Shown: positions 37,010 through 51,150 of the stretch, one piece after another
How the letters are laid out: each line of letters begins with the position of its first letter
Position numbering within the stretch: position 1 is the first letter of the stretch
Origin: Octopus bimaculoides
Lineage: Eukaryota
Direction: 5' to 3'
DNA: 64,000 nucleotides
NCBI RefSeq assembly: GCF_001194135.2
Contig: NC_068985.1
Span: forward strand, 13,864,071-13,928,070
Made by a program: the position numbers and the translations under genes
Notes under the pieces: generated by a model
Told to the model about the DNA's origin: nothing
Databases searched by the model: none
The model's input: only the letters and a program-made list of their open reading frames with translations

Positions 37010-37066
37010 TTATGCTACTTCTCGAAGTGAACAGCAAAGTATCATTGAGAATATCATTCCCAGAAT
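37010..37066 (-). CDS. Tetraspanin last coding exon (TM4 end and cytoplasmic tail)
   Basis: tttctacag| acceptor, ILGMIFSMILCCSLREVA* with stop at 37012-37010. The exon continues 7 nt to a CAG|GTAAGA donor at 37003/37002. Confidence 0.9.
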   Translation of the reverse strand: MLGMIFSMILCCSLREVA

Positions 37067-38819
37067 CTGTAGAAATTTAAAATAAATGAAAATGTAAATA
37101 AACAGATAAATTTTATATAAAACATGTGAGTTGCACTTGTTTGGCAACTGGTTTCATCTGAGATTTTAAATTGGGCATATATAAATAAATATCCATTGCC
37201 ATTTTCACACATACATATCACTCACCACATTCACCCCTACCCCCATCTCTCAAACCATCAGGTACCCTCCCTTCACACTCTCATAACTGCCTCCCCCACC
37301 ACTCCTGATCCACTGCCCTTATCATCTCTTCTTTCAGATTTTTCTCTAGCACCCTGTCACTATCATTTAACTTTCACCCCCNNNNNNNNNNCCCCAGATA
37401 TTCCCTCCACCCTTATATTAATGTTGGGTAGCCATGTATCTTCTCTATAGCAAGACACCTCTGCTTGTTCCTGGCATAAAAAATCTCTTCTTGACCCTAA
37501 AAATGAATTCCCCATTTAGTTGTAAGGACTTTTCTGTTCTCTGTTCCTTTTCCTTTTTCTTATTCTTTGCAGTCTTGTAGGTTATTTGGCAACCCCACTG
37601 GAGCCAATGGCATGAAAGAAACACCCAGTACTCACAGTAAAGTGGTTGGAATGAGGAAAGGCATCCATCCTTAGAAACTGTGCCACATACACACAGCTTC
37701 TTTCAGTTTCCATGTATCAAACTTTGGTCAGTTTAGGGCTATAGCAGAAGATTCTAACTCAAGGTGCCACACGGAGGGACTGAACCTAAAACCATGTGGT
37801 TGGGAAGTAAACTTTTCAAGCACATAGTAATGCCTTTCAATTGACCCAATTTCACTCAAATGTCCTGAGCTGACCAAAGCCATGGAAGAACATACTTATC
37901 CAAGATGCTTGTTGGTGGAATTGAACCTGTGATTTTATTTGCATTTAGCTGTGCTTGCATCTACCAACAATAATATCCTTTCTATTATAGGCACAAGGCC
38001 TGAAATTTTAGGGGAGGAGGCTGGTCAATTACACCGACCCCAGTACTCAACTGGTACTTAATTCATCGACCCCGAAAAGATGAAAGGTAAAGTGGACCTC
38101 AGCAGAATTTGAATGCAGAACACAGTGACGGGTAAAATAACGCTAAGCATTTTGTCCAGCATGAAAACGATTCTTAATTTTTTATTATCCATAAGGACAT
38201 ACATAGAAGGGACAGCACAATGAAATCGAATGACAGATGGAGTGGAGGTGGGATTATAATGGACCCCACAAACCCCGCCTTACCATTGACCTGGTGCCGG
38301 TGGCACGTAAAAAGCACCCACTACACTCTCGGAGTGGTTGGCATTAGGAAGGGCATCCAACTGTAGAAACTCTGCCAGATCAGATTGGAGTCTGGTGTAG
38401 CCATCTGGTTCGCCAACCCCCAGTCAAATCGTCCAACCCATGTTAGCATGGAAAGCGGACGTTAAATGATGATGATGATGGTGATCGCATTCACGCGGAG
38501 CCTTTCATGCCCAATCAGCTCACCACCTTATCCACCAACAATAATATCAGAAGCTGAAGAAGCTTCTGTGTGGTTGTCTGATTTGCTAGACATGAGACCT
38601 TTGGCGATTTGCTGTGCTTGAAAAGACACGTTAAGCCACATAAAATCGTAGTGGTGACCAGTGCCGATGACACATAAAAGGTACCTGTGCTGGTGACACG
38701 TAAAGGGCAGCCAAACATAGAAACCAAGCCGAATCGGACTGGAGCCTGATACAGCTCTCCAGCTTACCAATCCCAGTCAAAACTGCTCAGCTCATACCAG
38801 GACAGAAAATGGATGCTAA

Positions 38820-38855
<36 letters not shown>

Positions 38856-39319
38856 GTGATGGTGGTGGTGGTGGTGGTGATGATGATGGTGATGATGATG
38901 ATGATGATGATGAACCAAATTGCTTTCCCTGAGTCTTATGCAGTTACTCAGCTGGCTAAAAATAGCTGCATGATTCACCTTTAAATAAATCAAACTCCAT
39001 TGTATCCCTTCATCTAGGAAAAAGTAGCGCATGTTTGGATATTATAACCCATAATAGATCATTTTCAGGGGTGGTCACAACCGGAATGGCTTCAACCATC
39101 AATCTGCTCCATATGTTGGGCTGACCTATGCTTAAGTACCCACACTATCTTTAAAAAAAAAATAACATAAAAAATGTGGAGAATATGCTGGATAAATAAT
39201 CCTAAATATCCCTGCAGTAGATGGGAGGGTCATGGTTGGCACATCTTTGATCATAGATCAGTCTGTGTGTGTGTGTGTGAGTAGAATTGTTGGGGTTGTT
39301 TTGCCCTAGGAGTGACTCA

Positions 39320-40000
39320 GAGCATACCAACCACAACACCACTACACATACACACATGTGCACATACACACTCATACACAAACATGCATATACAATGATA
39401 CACACATATGTACATACACACACATGTACACACACACAAATGCACATACATACTGATACACACATGTACACACACAAATGCACATACTGACTGATACACA
39501 CATATGCACATATACACACACTCATACACACACATATGCACATACACACACNNNNNNNNNNNNNNNNNNNNNNNNNNNNNNNNNNNNNNNNNNNNNNNNN
39601 NNNNNNNNNNNNNNNNNNNNNNNACACACATATGCACATATACACACATGGACATACATACACACACTCATACACACATGCACATATACACGCACTCATA
39701 CACACACATATGCACATACACACATGGACATACATACACACACTCATACACACACACACACATGTACATATACACACACATATGCACATACACACACATG
39801 GACATACATACACACACTCATACACACATGCACACACACACACATGCACATATACACACATGGACATACATACACACACGCACACACATGCACATATACG
39901 CTCATGCACACATACATACATGCACATATACACACACACATGCACATATACACACACACACTCATATACACACACGCGCATATACCCACACATCCACACA
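39320..40000. repeat. Compound (CA)/(CATA)-based minisatellite
   Basis: Recurring CACACATATGCACATATACACACATGGACATACATACACACACTCATA-like units; contains an N gap. Confidence 0.85.
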
Positions 40001-40026
40001 TTGATTGCAGCTTAAGAGTTTCCTAC

Positions 40027-40110
40027 CATGACGATGGCAATACCAATGGCAACACCTGCAATGATTACCATGTAGTCTGTGAAGAACTCGGTCAGCTTGT
40101 CTTTGCACGG
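40027..40110 (-). CDS. Tetraspanin exon: last loop cysteine and TM4 start
   Basis: tttctgttgcag| acceptor and G|GTAGGA donor, 84 nt: PCKDKLTEFFTDYMVIIAGVAIGIAIVM. This gives four loop cysteines in total, the CD9/CD81-type pattern. Confidence 0.9.
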
Positions 40111-41854
40111 CTGCAACAGAAACAGAAGAGAGGTACTTACAAAAGGCATCACTGGGCTGCGGCCATGCTGCGGCACTTCCTTCGAAGGGTCTATTTCAAC
40201 AAATTGACCCCACAGATATTTTCTGTAATTTAATTCTTTTCCCACTTCACAGAGAAATAAAACCCTTCAGAATACTCAAGGATCTCAAGTACTGTGGTAG
40301 ACATTGGAGAAAGTTAGTGATTGGTAAAATAATTAATTTAGTGTAATTATGTTAATTAGTGTCGTATTCTGAAAAAGCCATACTCTTTTTCTTTTACTTG
40401 TTTCAGTCATTTGACTGTGGCCATGCCGGAGCACCGCCTTTAGTCGAGCAAATCGACCCCAGGACTTATTCTTTGGAAGCCTAGTACTTATTCTATCGGT
40501 CTCTTTTGCCGAACTGCTAAGTTACGGGGACTTAAAAACACCAGCATTGGTTGTCAAGTGATGTTGTGGGGGACAAACACAGACACACAAACAAATACAC
40601 ACACACACACGCATATATACATATATACGACGAGCTTCTTTCAGTTTCTGTCTACCAAATTCACTCACAAGGCTTTGGTCAGCCCGAGGCTATAGTAGAA
40701 GACACTTGCCCAAGGTGCCATGCAGTGGAACTGAACTAAGAACCATATGGTTGGGAAGCAAGCTTCTTACTACACAGCCATGCCTGTGCCTACAAAATTT
40801 TCTGTTTCCTGGTCTTGTTTTCAATACATTTTTATGAAGCTTCATTTGAACCATCTTATGGTTGGCATAGATGTAACAATTCTCAGAAGATCAACATTCT
40901 GGTGCAACAGAAAATTGTCAGGATCTTTTATGCTATGTGTGCTTTGGTTCAACACCAGAAGTTGCAGTTTTCCATCCAGGAAAAATCCATTTAAAGACGT
41001 ATCATGTTAAAAACTGCAATATACTTTGGAGCTATTTGAACTGATATCATTGTAGTAGTGATCTTCGGAGTGACAGATATGTATTTCACCGAAGTTGCAA
41101 CTTATCAATGACATGTAGTTGTGTCATTTCCATACCAAAACCGAAATCTCTAGCCTGAAGTATATATACAGGTAGTGTATAAAACTATCTGCTGATTTAA
41201 TTTGGATTATGCAACAGAGGTTAGTCTATAATAAAAATATTTTCAATACATCATACTTAACGTGTGTTGTTGAAATGCTAGAAGCTGTGTTTGTAATTTC
41301 TACAAAATATATTGAATTATATGATAGCTTCATTTTTCTCCTTTTTTTTCATTATTATTCTGCGATAGACCTGGACACATTACCAGCAATATCACCGGGG
41401 AGTGAGTCATTGGATATTTCAGATCTTTCAAGAATCAGACCCTTTTACCCAGACGACCTGGTCAGGGTTGATCAAACCCCAGCTCATGTCTAGTTAACAC
41501 TAGCTCAAGTAGTGCTACCCCATCAAGGGTTCATACATCCTGATTCACAAGCTACCTTGAAGGAATCTTTGCTGCCTCCATAGCCAACTTGGTGGCCTTC
41601 CAACTAATGGCCTGTTTGTTGTAGGCTCTATAGAAGGCATGTAGCTTTATGGTCAGGGCATTCAGCTCATAATCATAAGGTCCTGAGTTCAATTCCTGGT
41701 GGAGCACCGTGTCCTTGACCAAGACACTTTATTTCACATTGCTCCAGTCCACTCAGCTGGCAAAAATGAGTAGTACCTGTAATTCAAAGGGCGCCAGCCA
41801 TGTCACATATTGTGGCATGCTGAATCTCCCTGAGAATTATGTGATGGGTACTAG

Positions 41855-41993
41855 CAGGGGGTGGACTAAGCTGTCGGTCAATCAGACACTGCCTGAGGGC
41901 CTGCACTCTACATGTAAACTCCACTAAATCAATGCTAAGGGACCTGGTAGACAGTTATGCCCAAGGGCCCTTAATACTCTCAGTCCGCTCTTG
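41855..41993. mobile_element. 139-bp hAT-type MITE inserted in a SINE
   Basis: Imperfect TIRs CAGGGGGTGGACTAAG / CTCAGTCCGCTCTTG with exact 8-bp TSD GGTACTAG (41847-41854, 41994-42001). Confidence 0.7.
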
Positions 41994-42179
41994 GGTACTA
42001 GTGACTGTGGAGTGCTCAGTCACTTGCACATTAATTTCAAGAGCCGGCTGTTCCATTGATCATATCAACTACAACTGTCATCATATTAACCAGTGGGATG
42101 CCTGTCAGAAGGACTGGCCTTTGAGAGCAAGGCCAAACACGACAGGTAGTAATGAAGGAAAGACATATATTTCACTTAC

Positions 42180-42269
42180 AATATCATAATAATCCCGAAC
42201 GCAAGTCTTGACGTGTGGACTAGTATCACCGTAATCAATTTTACCATGGGTAGATCCACAGCAGTTGAA
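42180..42269 (-). CDS. Tetraspanin exon: CCG-motif part of the large extracellular loop
   Basis: ctctttttcag| acceptor and |GTAAGT donor, 90 nt: FNCCGSTHGKIDYGDTSPHVKTCVRDYYDI. Confidence 0.92.
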
Positions 42270-42521
42270 CTGAAAAAGAGAGGAAAGAAGAAAGAATGAG
42301 AACACAAAAAATTGGTAGCAAATGGAATTTTTGGCGGGGAATCAGTTGCCAATGAGTCTATGTATTTTATGGAATATATTAGCAGAGGTTTTTTTGTAGC
42401 TGATAAATATCAATATCACAATATTACAAGTGGTTCTGGTTCTTACAATAAAATATAAACCAATAATTCTATTGTTAAGAGATACAGAAATCTATGAGCT
42501 TCAATGACATGAATATATACA

Positions 42522-42575
<54 letters not shown>

Positions 42576-43221
42576 NNNNNNNNNNNNNNNNNNNNNNNNN
42601 NNNNNNNNNNNNNNNNNNNNNNNNNNNNNNNNNNNNNNNNNNNNNNNNNNNNNNNNNNNNNNNNNNNNNNNNNNNNNNNNNNNNNNNNNNNNNNNNNNNN
42701 NNNNNNNNNNNNNNNNNNNNNNNNNNNNNNNNNNNNNNNNNNNNNNNNNNNNNNNNNNNNNNNNNNNNNNNNNNNNNNNNNNNNNNNNNNNNNNNNNNNN
42801 NNNNNNNNNNNNNNNNNNNNNNNNNNNNNNNNNNNNNNNNNNNNNNNNNNNNNNNNNNNNNNNNNNNNNNNNNNNNNNNNNNNNNNNNNNNNNNNNNNNN
42901 NNNNNNNNNNNNNNNNNNNNNNNNNNNNNNNNNNNNGCAGCTTCCTAGGTCTAACCAATAGTAGTATTATTCCCTTCAGGGGACTGTCACATTAAGTTAA
43001 CAGCATACAACTACTTCAATTTTAATTTATATAGAAAGTTTGTATCATAGAAACTTGGGTAGATTGATATCAATAGGCTTTAAATTTAGATCACTTTATA
43101 ACAGGAAGTTTGTCTCACAGAAGTTTATTTCAGGTGGAATGATATCAAAAGGTTTAAAAAGAAGAGAAACCGGGTGGAAAAAAACCCCTTGATAAAATTT
43201 AGGATTTCACTCCGAACTTAC

Positions 43222-43317
43222 GTCCTTTTGTACACTGTCCATAAGAATCTGTGATGCCTTATTTGTGTCGTATTTTTCAACAGCATTGTCCAACATGTCC
43301 TCGACAAGGCCACCCAT
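43222..43317 (-). CDS. Tetraspanin exon: large extracellular loop helices A/B
   Basis: ctcttcttcag| acceptor and |GTAAGT donor, 96 nt, phase 0-0: MGGLVEDMLDNAVEKYDTNKASQILMDSVQKD. Confidence 0.87.
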
Positions 43318-43875
43318 CTGAAGAAGAGCAATGGATTAAAAAATAATTATGAAAATAAAAATAAAATTGTAACATAGATAATTATACAACACTTTTCTAA
43401 ACAATAAATATAAGAAAAGAATTAAAATCATAAAGTAATAAAAATTAATTGACATATTAATAAAAATGAAAGACTTAGATAATATCAAGAAAAAGATTAG
43501 TGTACAGTGCTGTAAAATGAAAAGTTAATTATCCAATTAGCCAAGATCAAAATGATTTTACCTTATATACATAACTAATGTTACAATAAAAGACCACAAT
43601 AAAGAAATGATGGCACCACTTATTGGAACTTGTTAGCATCATTTTTTGTTCTGCTTCAAAATCACTTTTCAAACTCTTTTATTTTTTTCAGTCATTTGAC
43701 TGTGGCCATACTGGAGCACCGCCTTTAGTCGAGCAAATTGACCCCAGGACTTATTCTTTGAAAGCCTAGTACTTATTCTATCGGTCTCTTTTTGCCGAAC
43801 CGCTAAGTTACGGGGACGTAAACACACCAGCATCGGTTGTCAAGCGATGGTGGGGGGACAAATACAAACACACAA

Positions 43876-43906
<31 letters not shown>

Positions 43907-44429
43907 CACACACGACGGACTTCTTTCAATTTCCCTCTACCAAATCCACTCACAAGGCTTTGGTCGGCCTGAGGCTATAGTAGAAGACACTTGCCGAAGG
44001 TGCCACGCAGTGGGACTGAACCCGGAACCATGTGGTTGGTAAGCAAGCTACTTACCACATAGCCACTCCTGTTTAATTTGCATTTATTAATTTTTAATTA
44101 TTTATCTTTTATGATTGTGTGTGTGTGTGTGTCCACACACACACACACAGAATGGGATTCTTTCAGTTTCCATCTTCCAAATCAACTCACAAGGGTTTGA
44201 TTGGCCTGGGGCTATAGTAGAAGACATTTGCCCAAGGTGCCATGCAGTGGGGACCATGTTGTTGGGAAGCAAAATTCTTATCACGCAGTTATGCTTGCTT
44301 CTATTTATCCAGTTTTTTAAAATTTCATACAAGAAAGAGGGCTGTGTGCATAAGTGCATAACCACAACAGTCCTTCCCAGACAAGTGTAACAGATGCAGC
44401 CAGTGCCCAACTAATATATATCTCCATGT

Positions 44430-45095
44430 TAAGGTGGCGAGCTGGCAGAAGCGTTAGCATGCCAGGAAAAATGCTTAGTGGTATTTCGTTTGTCTTTACG
44501 TTCTGAGTTCAAATTCCGCCAAGGTCAGCTTTGCCTTTCATCCTTTCGGGGTTGATAAAATTAAGTACCAGTTGTGTCCTGAAGTTGATCTAACTGACTG
44601 GGCCCCTCCCCAAAACTTTAAGGCCTTGCACCTAGAGTAGAAAAGAATATTTACAATAGCTAAAGTGGAGAGCTGGCAGAAACGTTAGCACACCGGACGA
44701 AATGCTTAGTGGTATTTCGTCTGTCTTTACATTCTGAGTTCAAATTCCGCCGAAGTTGACTTTGCCTTCCATCTTTACGGGGTTGATAAATTAAGTACCA
44801 TTTACGCACTGGGATCGATGTAATTGACCTTACTCCTCTGTCTGTCCTTGTTTGTCCCCTTTATGTTTAGCCCCTTGTGGGCAATAAAGAAATAAGAAAT
44901 GCTAGCATGCCAGGAAAAATGCTTAGCGGTATTTCATTTGTCTTTATGTTCTGAGTTCAAATTTCGCTGAGGTTGACTTTGCCTTTCATTCTTTCGGGGT
45001 CGGTAAATTAAGTACCAGTTGCATACTGGGGTTGATCTAATCGACTGGCCCCCTCCCCAAAACTTTCGGGCCTTGTGCCTAGAGCAGAAAAGAAT
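44430..45095 (+). repeat. Three head-to-tail S1 SINE copies
   Basis: Units start at about 44430, 44662 and 44895. Confidence 0.75.
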
Positions 45096-45207
45096 ATATA
45101 TACCTCTATCATATCATATATACTTTTGTTATATTTAAAATTAATTGAAAGAAACACAGAGCATCTCAAAATAGATACGATAACAAAAGGGTTAACAAAT
45201 GATTAAT

Positions 45208-45437
45208 TTAATCCTTTCGATACCAACCTGACTAAAACTGCTTCTGGCTCTGTAGTACAAATGTCTTATTTTCATACGTTTTGAATTAAAATCTTCCACC
45301 AAACCTTAGTCACAATTTATGTTCCTAACACCAGCTGAATGATAATTAAGTTATTTTACTAAATTCTTTGTTATATTTAAAATTAATTGAAAGAAACACA
45401 GAGAATCTCAAAATAAATACAGTAACGGAATGGTTAA
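45208..45437. mobile_element. piggyBac-type MITE, preceded by a truncated copy at ~45125-45195
   Basis: TTAA|TCCTTT ... AATGG|TTAA ends. The terminal ~65 bp is duplicated upstream and ends AAAGGG|TTAA. Confidence 0.5.
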
Positions 45438-46944
45438 GCTATATACTATATTTCTATAAAGAAAATATTTTTTTTTTTTGTGAAAACATTTTCAATTCCC
45501 AAAAAGAGTGACTGTGAGCTCTGTTAGATTTGCATTGCAATATTGAATCACATATTTAGGAAAGTTCTCCTCCTACAACTGGTATGGCATGTTTTAAAGG
45601 TGATTTTTTCTCTTTGCTATAAGGAAATATGTTTGAAATGTTATTTTTCAGAGCTTAACTTTGTTTGATTTATATGTAATTTTAATCCATGGAAGATTCT
45701 AGATTAACATGTTTTTAATAATAACATCAAAAAAAAAAAAAAAATTCTACCTCAGTTTTTTCCTGTATGTAAACACAAATTAATGATGGAAATCACTAGA
45801 GGATTGAGATGTCTTTCTCAATAAGTTTATAAAGAAATATTAAACTTAATACTTCCTGTAGTCTCCCCCATCCTTCGTCTCACTTATCAAGGATCATAAT
45901 GAGTGGCACTTATCTATGACTTCTTTTAAATTGGAACCAAAACAGCTGGAATATAAATATCCTCCATGAAAAATAACACTCATCTTTTATGAGGAACATA
46001 TTCAAGAAATGTAGTTCTCATTTTTGACTCTGAAATATGTTGTAGTTCTTTAACCACAGGTTACCCCTGCTCAAATAGAGCTATGAGAAATAGTGTTCCA
46101 ACAGTGGCTACACTGTATAGTGTATCATGGACTACATAATCCAATGTGTACTTCACTTTAAGATAATAAGACGGGAGTTGATGGTGCTTTCATTGTTCTA
46201 ACAAGGAAGTCAGGCTTTTTTTGGCACATGAGAAAAATCAAGTGCTTGCTTTATGCTCTGAGGTACAAAAATGAAAAATGATAATACTTGTAGTGGTTTT
46301 GAACCCACAATCTTCATGTTGTCAGTCCAATACTCTATCCAGTAATCCAATTCAGTTTCTTGAGTTTAACTTCTATTTAATAGGAAATAAAAATTAACTT
46401 GTAATAAACTGACATCTCGTCCTAAAATAGATCTGTCTCTCATCTTCTTAATGCTTTGGAGACACACAGCACAAGCATTCTTGTGGTAATTTTTATCAGA
46501 AATTTTCAGTTCATATTTCTACCTAATCTTAAAAATACCAATTCCAGGTTTTTAAACTCCTTATTGTTTGGATTTTTTCAGCACGAAGACTAAAGGAGCT
46601 TCTGTAACCTAATGATCTAGTTCTGGTAGCTGAATATATAAAAAAATTGGTTAAAAAACATTCTTAATGAGGAAACAAAACCTAGAATTGAGAGGTCTTA
46701 AAGTAAACTGATTAACGGTAAAAGGTTTTGTTAGTAGAAATAAAGGCAGGACTCTACTGATATCATGGAATATGTAGAAATGAAGTAGGCAAGAATGTAA
46801 ACTCAGAGTACTCAAGAGAAGGATGGGGACAAGAAGCAAGCTGACAAAGAAGGTCTTTGTATGTAGCAGATGTCTAAGAGAAACAGTACTCAAGAGAAAT
46901 ACTTCCAAATGCTCAGAGATTTCCCTTGGTGATATTGATAATAA

Positions 46945-47095
46945 TCTACCTCTTCCACAGGTTCCCTCAACCGCTAGGGTGTGGCCCTTTTTCACACAGC
47001 TATCATCATCCATTCTTGCCATGTGACCATACTAGCGCAATCGTCTCTCTTGCACACCACAACTGATGCTTCTTAGGTCTAATACACACAGATCT
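46945..47095 (-). mobile_element. RTE LINE C-terminal fragment
   Basis: Minus-strand HMARMDDDSCVKKGHTLAVEGTCGRGR matches the RTE 'GHV.RM...G.R.RGRP' motif. Confidence 0.6.
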
Positions 47096-49229
47096 CATAT
47101 GAATTTATGGTAATCTTTCAGTTTTTGGTGTTTAAACAAGTAAATAAAAATTAAAGGAGAAATAACAGCTAGAGGAGATAATAGCCTAAATGACGGCATG
47201 ATTGTGCATCAGGGGAACTTTGCAGATCCCACAAATAAGGACATCCATACGCAAAATGTGGAGAATATGTGGATGCGGGTGAAAAGAAAATTATGATGTC
47301 AATTTGGAACATCAGAGAATATATTCATGTCATATTTACACAAATTCATATGGAAGAATTCTGTGCCAAAAAAACAAAAGAATTTCGTTCACATTTTGGT
47401 AGCTATAGCAGGAAGTTGACTTGTTTATCTCCCCTTGTTGTTGTTTCCCCTTTAATTTTCATTTTCTTGTTTTAAAACACCCGAAACTGAAAGATTACCA
47501 AATTCATAAACTTTAAGAAAACATGAAATGTTTTTTTTTTGGACAGTGAATCTCAAAGCAGATAAAGCTATGAATATTAGCAGGTACATATTGGGTTAAA
47601 AATATATTTTGGACAGAAAAAAAAAAGAAAAAATCAAATGCTTACACACACACATATATATACATAAATATTAAGTAAAAATTGCTTAATATTGCTTACA
47701 GAACAAGACCAAAGCAGACAAATTATATCCACATAACAATATACATAAATAACGAGAAAATGTATTTCAGGAAGCAATCCATTACTTCCTGTTGGTTACC
47801 ACACCATAATTTTTTTTAAACTTTTCTGTCATGTTTTTATTTCTGTAAGAGTGTACCAAAAACACAATTGCACTATGACAGACATGAATGAGCAGAAGAG
47901 AAAAAGAAGTCAACAAGGAGATGGTAGCATGCAATTTTAGCGACGGGTTCTATTAATTTGGTTTTTGAGACAAGCCTGGGTTGCATACAATTAGTGTTGC
48001 TAAACATTTGTGATATAAACTTAAAGATGGTTTATAAAGGAAGTATCTGTTATAATATTCTTTTATTCTTTTACTTGTTTCAGTCACTTGATTGTGGCCA
48101 TGCTGGAGCACTGCCTTTATTCAAGCAAATCGACCCCAGGACTTATTCTTTGGAAGCCTAGTACTTATTTATCGGTCACTTTTGCCGAACTGCTAATTTA
48201 TGGGGATGTAAACGCACTAGCATCGGTNNNNNNNNNNNNNNNNNNNNNNNNNNNNNNNNNNNNNNNNNNNNNNNNNNNNNNNNNNNNNNNNNNNNNNNNN
48301 NNNNNNNNNNNNNNNNNNNNNNNNNNNNNNNNNNNNNNNNNNNNNNNNNNNNNNNNNNNNNNNNNNNNNNNNNNNNNNNNNNNNNNNNNNNNNNNNNNNN
48401 NNNNNNNNNNNNNNNNNNNNNNNNNNNNNNNNNNNNNNNNNNNNNNNNNNNNNNNNNNNNNNNNNNNNNNNNNNNNNNNNNNNNNNNNNNNNNNNNNNNN
48501 NNNNNNNNNNNNNNNNNNNNNNNNNNNNNNNNNNNNNNNNNNNNNNNNNNNNNNNNNNNNNNNNNNNNNNNNNNNNNNNNNNNNNNNNNNNNNNNNNNNN
48601 NNNNNNNNNNNNNNNNNNNNNNNNNNNNNNNNNNNNNNNNNNNNNNNNNNNNNNNNNNNNNNNNNNNNNNNNNNNNNNNNNNNNNNNNNNNNNNNNNNNN
48701 NNNNNNNNNNNNNNNNNNNNNNNNNNNNNNNNNNNNNNNNNNNNNNNNNNNNNNNNNNNNNNNNNNNNNNNNNNNNNNNNNNNNNNNNNNNNNNNNNNNN
48801 NNNNNNNNNNNNNNNNNNNNNNNNNNNNNNNNNNNNNNNNNNNNNNNNNNNNNNNNNNNNNNNNNNNNNNNNNNNNNNNNNNNNNNNNNNNNNNNNNNNN
48901 NNNNNNNNNNNNNNNNNNNNNNNNNNNNNNNNNNNNNNNNNNNNNNNNNNNNNNNNNNNNNNNNNNNNNNNNNNNNNNNNNNNNNNNNNNNNNNNNNNNN
49001 NNNNNNNNNNNNNNNNNNNNNNNNNNNNNNNNNNNNNNNNNNNNNNNNNNNNNNNNNNNNNNNNNNNNNNNNNNNNNNNNNNNNNNNNNNNNNNNNNNNN
49101 NNNNNNNNNNNNAAGTAAAAGAAATGTTTTTAATATGAAAGCAAACATTCAAAGAAATATTTTGAAAAAAAAAGTCCAGAAAAAATACTTGAAACAAAAA
49201 CAAAAACCATAACAATAATAATAATAGTA

Positions 49230-49299
<70 letters not shown>

Positions 49300-50513
49300 T
49301 AATAATAATGACAATAACAACAAAAAAAAAAGATAAACAACAATATGAGCAGGAAAAAATATGAGAATAAGTTCACTAAGACAAAAATGCAACAAATATT
49401 TGACAAATTTCACAAATAAATAAATACATCAATAAAATAAAATAAAGATAAAAACAACAAATAGTTGCTTTTTTTTGATTTTAGATAAAAAGTGTTTACC
49501 AAATCCAATTCTTCCTAGCCAATGGAAGCAGTAATGTAAACGAAAGATTATCTTAAGATTAACGTCGACATCGTTGTCCATTGTTTGTTGTTTAAATAAC
49601 ATGGAATTACTGCATAATCAGCTCATCTTGAGTAAAGAATGAGTGGTGAGAGAAAGAAAGAGAGAGAAAGAGAGAGAGTGAGAGATTGTGTATGAGACAG
49701 AGTTGAAGATAGAGAGACAGTCAGACAGGATTCTTTCAACAGAAAACCAATTGAACTTACCAAAAGAAGGATAACGATGTGTTAAGAATTAGCGAAAATA
49801 AATTAGTAAAATCAGGAGCTGCTGTTTTGTTTTTTTTAACTTTTTGTCCCAATAAAAAGATTACATATTGCAAAGCAATTTAGTTTTATTTAATTAATGA
49901 ATTTATTTCTTTATCGTTTAAATTTTTATTTATTTCAATCATTAGACTGTGGCTAAACTGGAGCACCACCTTGAAGGATTGAGTCAAACAAATTGACTCC
50001 AGGACTTATTTTTTTAAAGCCTAGTACTTCTTAAGTTATGAGGATGTAAACAAACCAGCACTGGTTGTCATGCAACAGTGGCGGGGTGCTATATATCCAA
50101 CAGGGCTTCTTTCAGTTTCTGCCAACCAAATCCACTCACATGGCTTTGGTTGGTCTGGGGTTATAGTAGAAGACATTTACCCAAGATGCCACACAGTGGG
50201 ACTGAACCCAGAACCAAGTGGTTGGGAAGCCAACTTCTTAACCACACAGTCACACCTGTGCATATGCTCCTCCATGCCTGTTATTATGCATTTCTTTTTA
50301 TTCTTTTATTCTTTCATTGGTTTCACTCATTTTGACTGCGGCCAGACTGGAGCACTGCCTTTAGTCGAACAAATCGGCCCCAGGACTTATTCTTTGTAAT
50401 CCTAGTACTTATTCTAGCGGTCTCTTTTGCCAAACTGTTAAGTTAAGGGAGACGTAAACACACCAACATCAGTTGTCAAGCAATGGAGGGGGGGGGGACA
50501 AACACAGACACAC

Positions 50514-50565
<52 letters not shown>

Positions 50566-50919
50566 ATATATATGATGGGCTTCTTTCAGTTTCCGTCTAC
50601 CAAATCCACTCACAAGGCGTTGGTCAGCCTGAGGCTATAGTAGGAGACACTTGCCCAAGGTGTTAGACAGTGGGGCTGACCCCGGAACCATGTGGCTGCA
50701 TATTTAAATTATTTTACATTCATTAATATTTTAACCTCAAATGCTGCAGGTATTTTGTGGAAAGGTGTAGTTAATGATATTGATCCTAATTGTTTTTAGA
50801 AATTTTGGATGCAAGCATACTGGTGGAGAACAAGCTCTTTTAGTAATCTGATTCCTTCCCTACTACTAGTCGGTCAACCGTGAAACATTCTTGTAACTTG
50901 TTCTTTTTTTTCTTTTAAT

Positions 50920-51150
50920 CTTTACAGTTTGATGCTTTTCCTACTGTTAACTACTCACCTGTGAAGTTCTGATGTAATATGGTTATTACAATTAGACACC
51001 TTTCCTACAACTAACTCACTCAACTGTGAAGTGCTGTTGTAATAAGTTTTTGCATTTGGATGCCTTCCCTGCCACTAAACCATTCAACTATGAAGTACCA
51101 CTATGATGATGTTTTACAATTAAACACCTTTCCTGCCAGTAAACCGACCA
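50920..51150. repeat. Degenerate ~64-bp tandem repeat, about 3.5 units
   Basis: Recurring TTACAATT..ACACCTTTCCT.CCACTAA..CA.TCAACTGTGAAGT motif. Confidence 0.6.

Noticed and set aside
49761-49830. Minus-strand TTG|GTAAGT donor that could form an alternative first exon spliced to the ATG-starting exon at 43317
   Set aside because: No good acceptor or promoter evidence, and GTAAGT is frequent by chance in AT-rich DNA.
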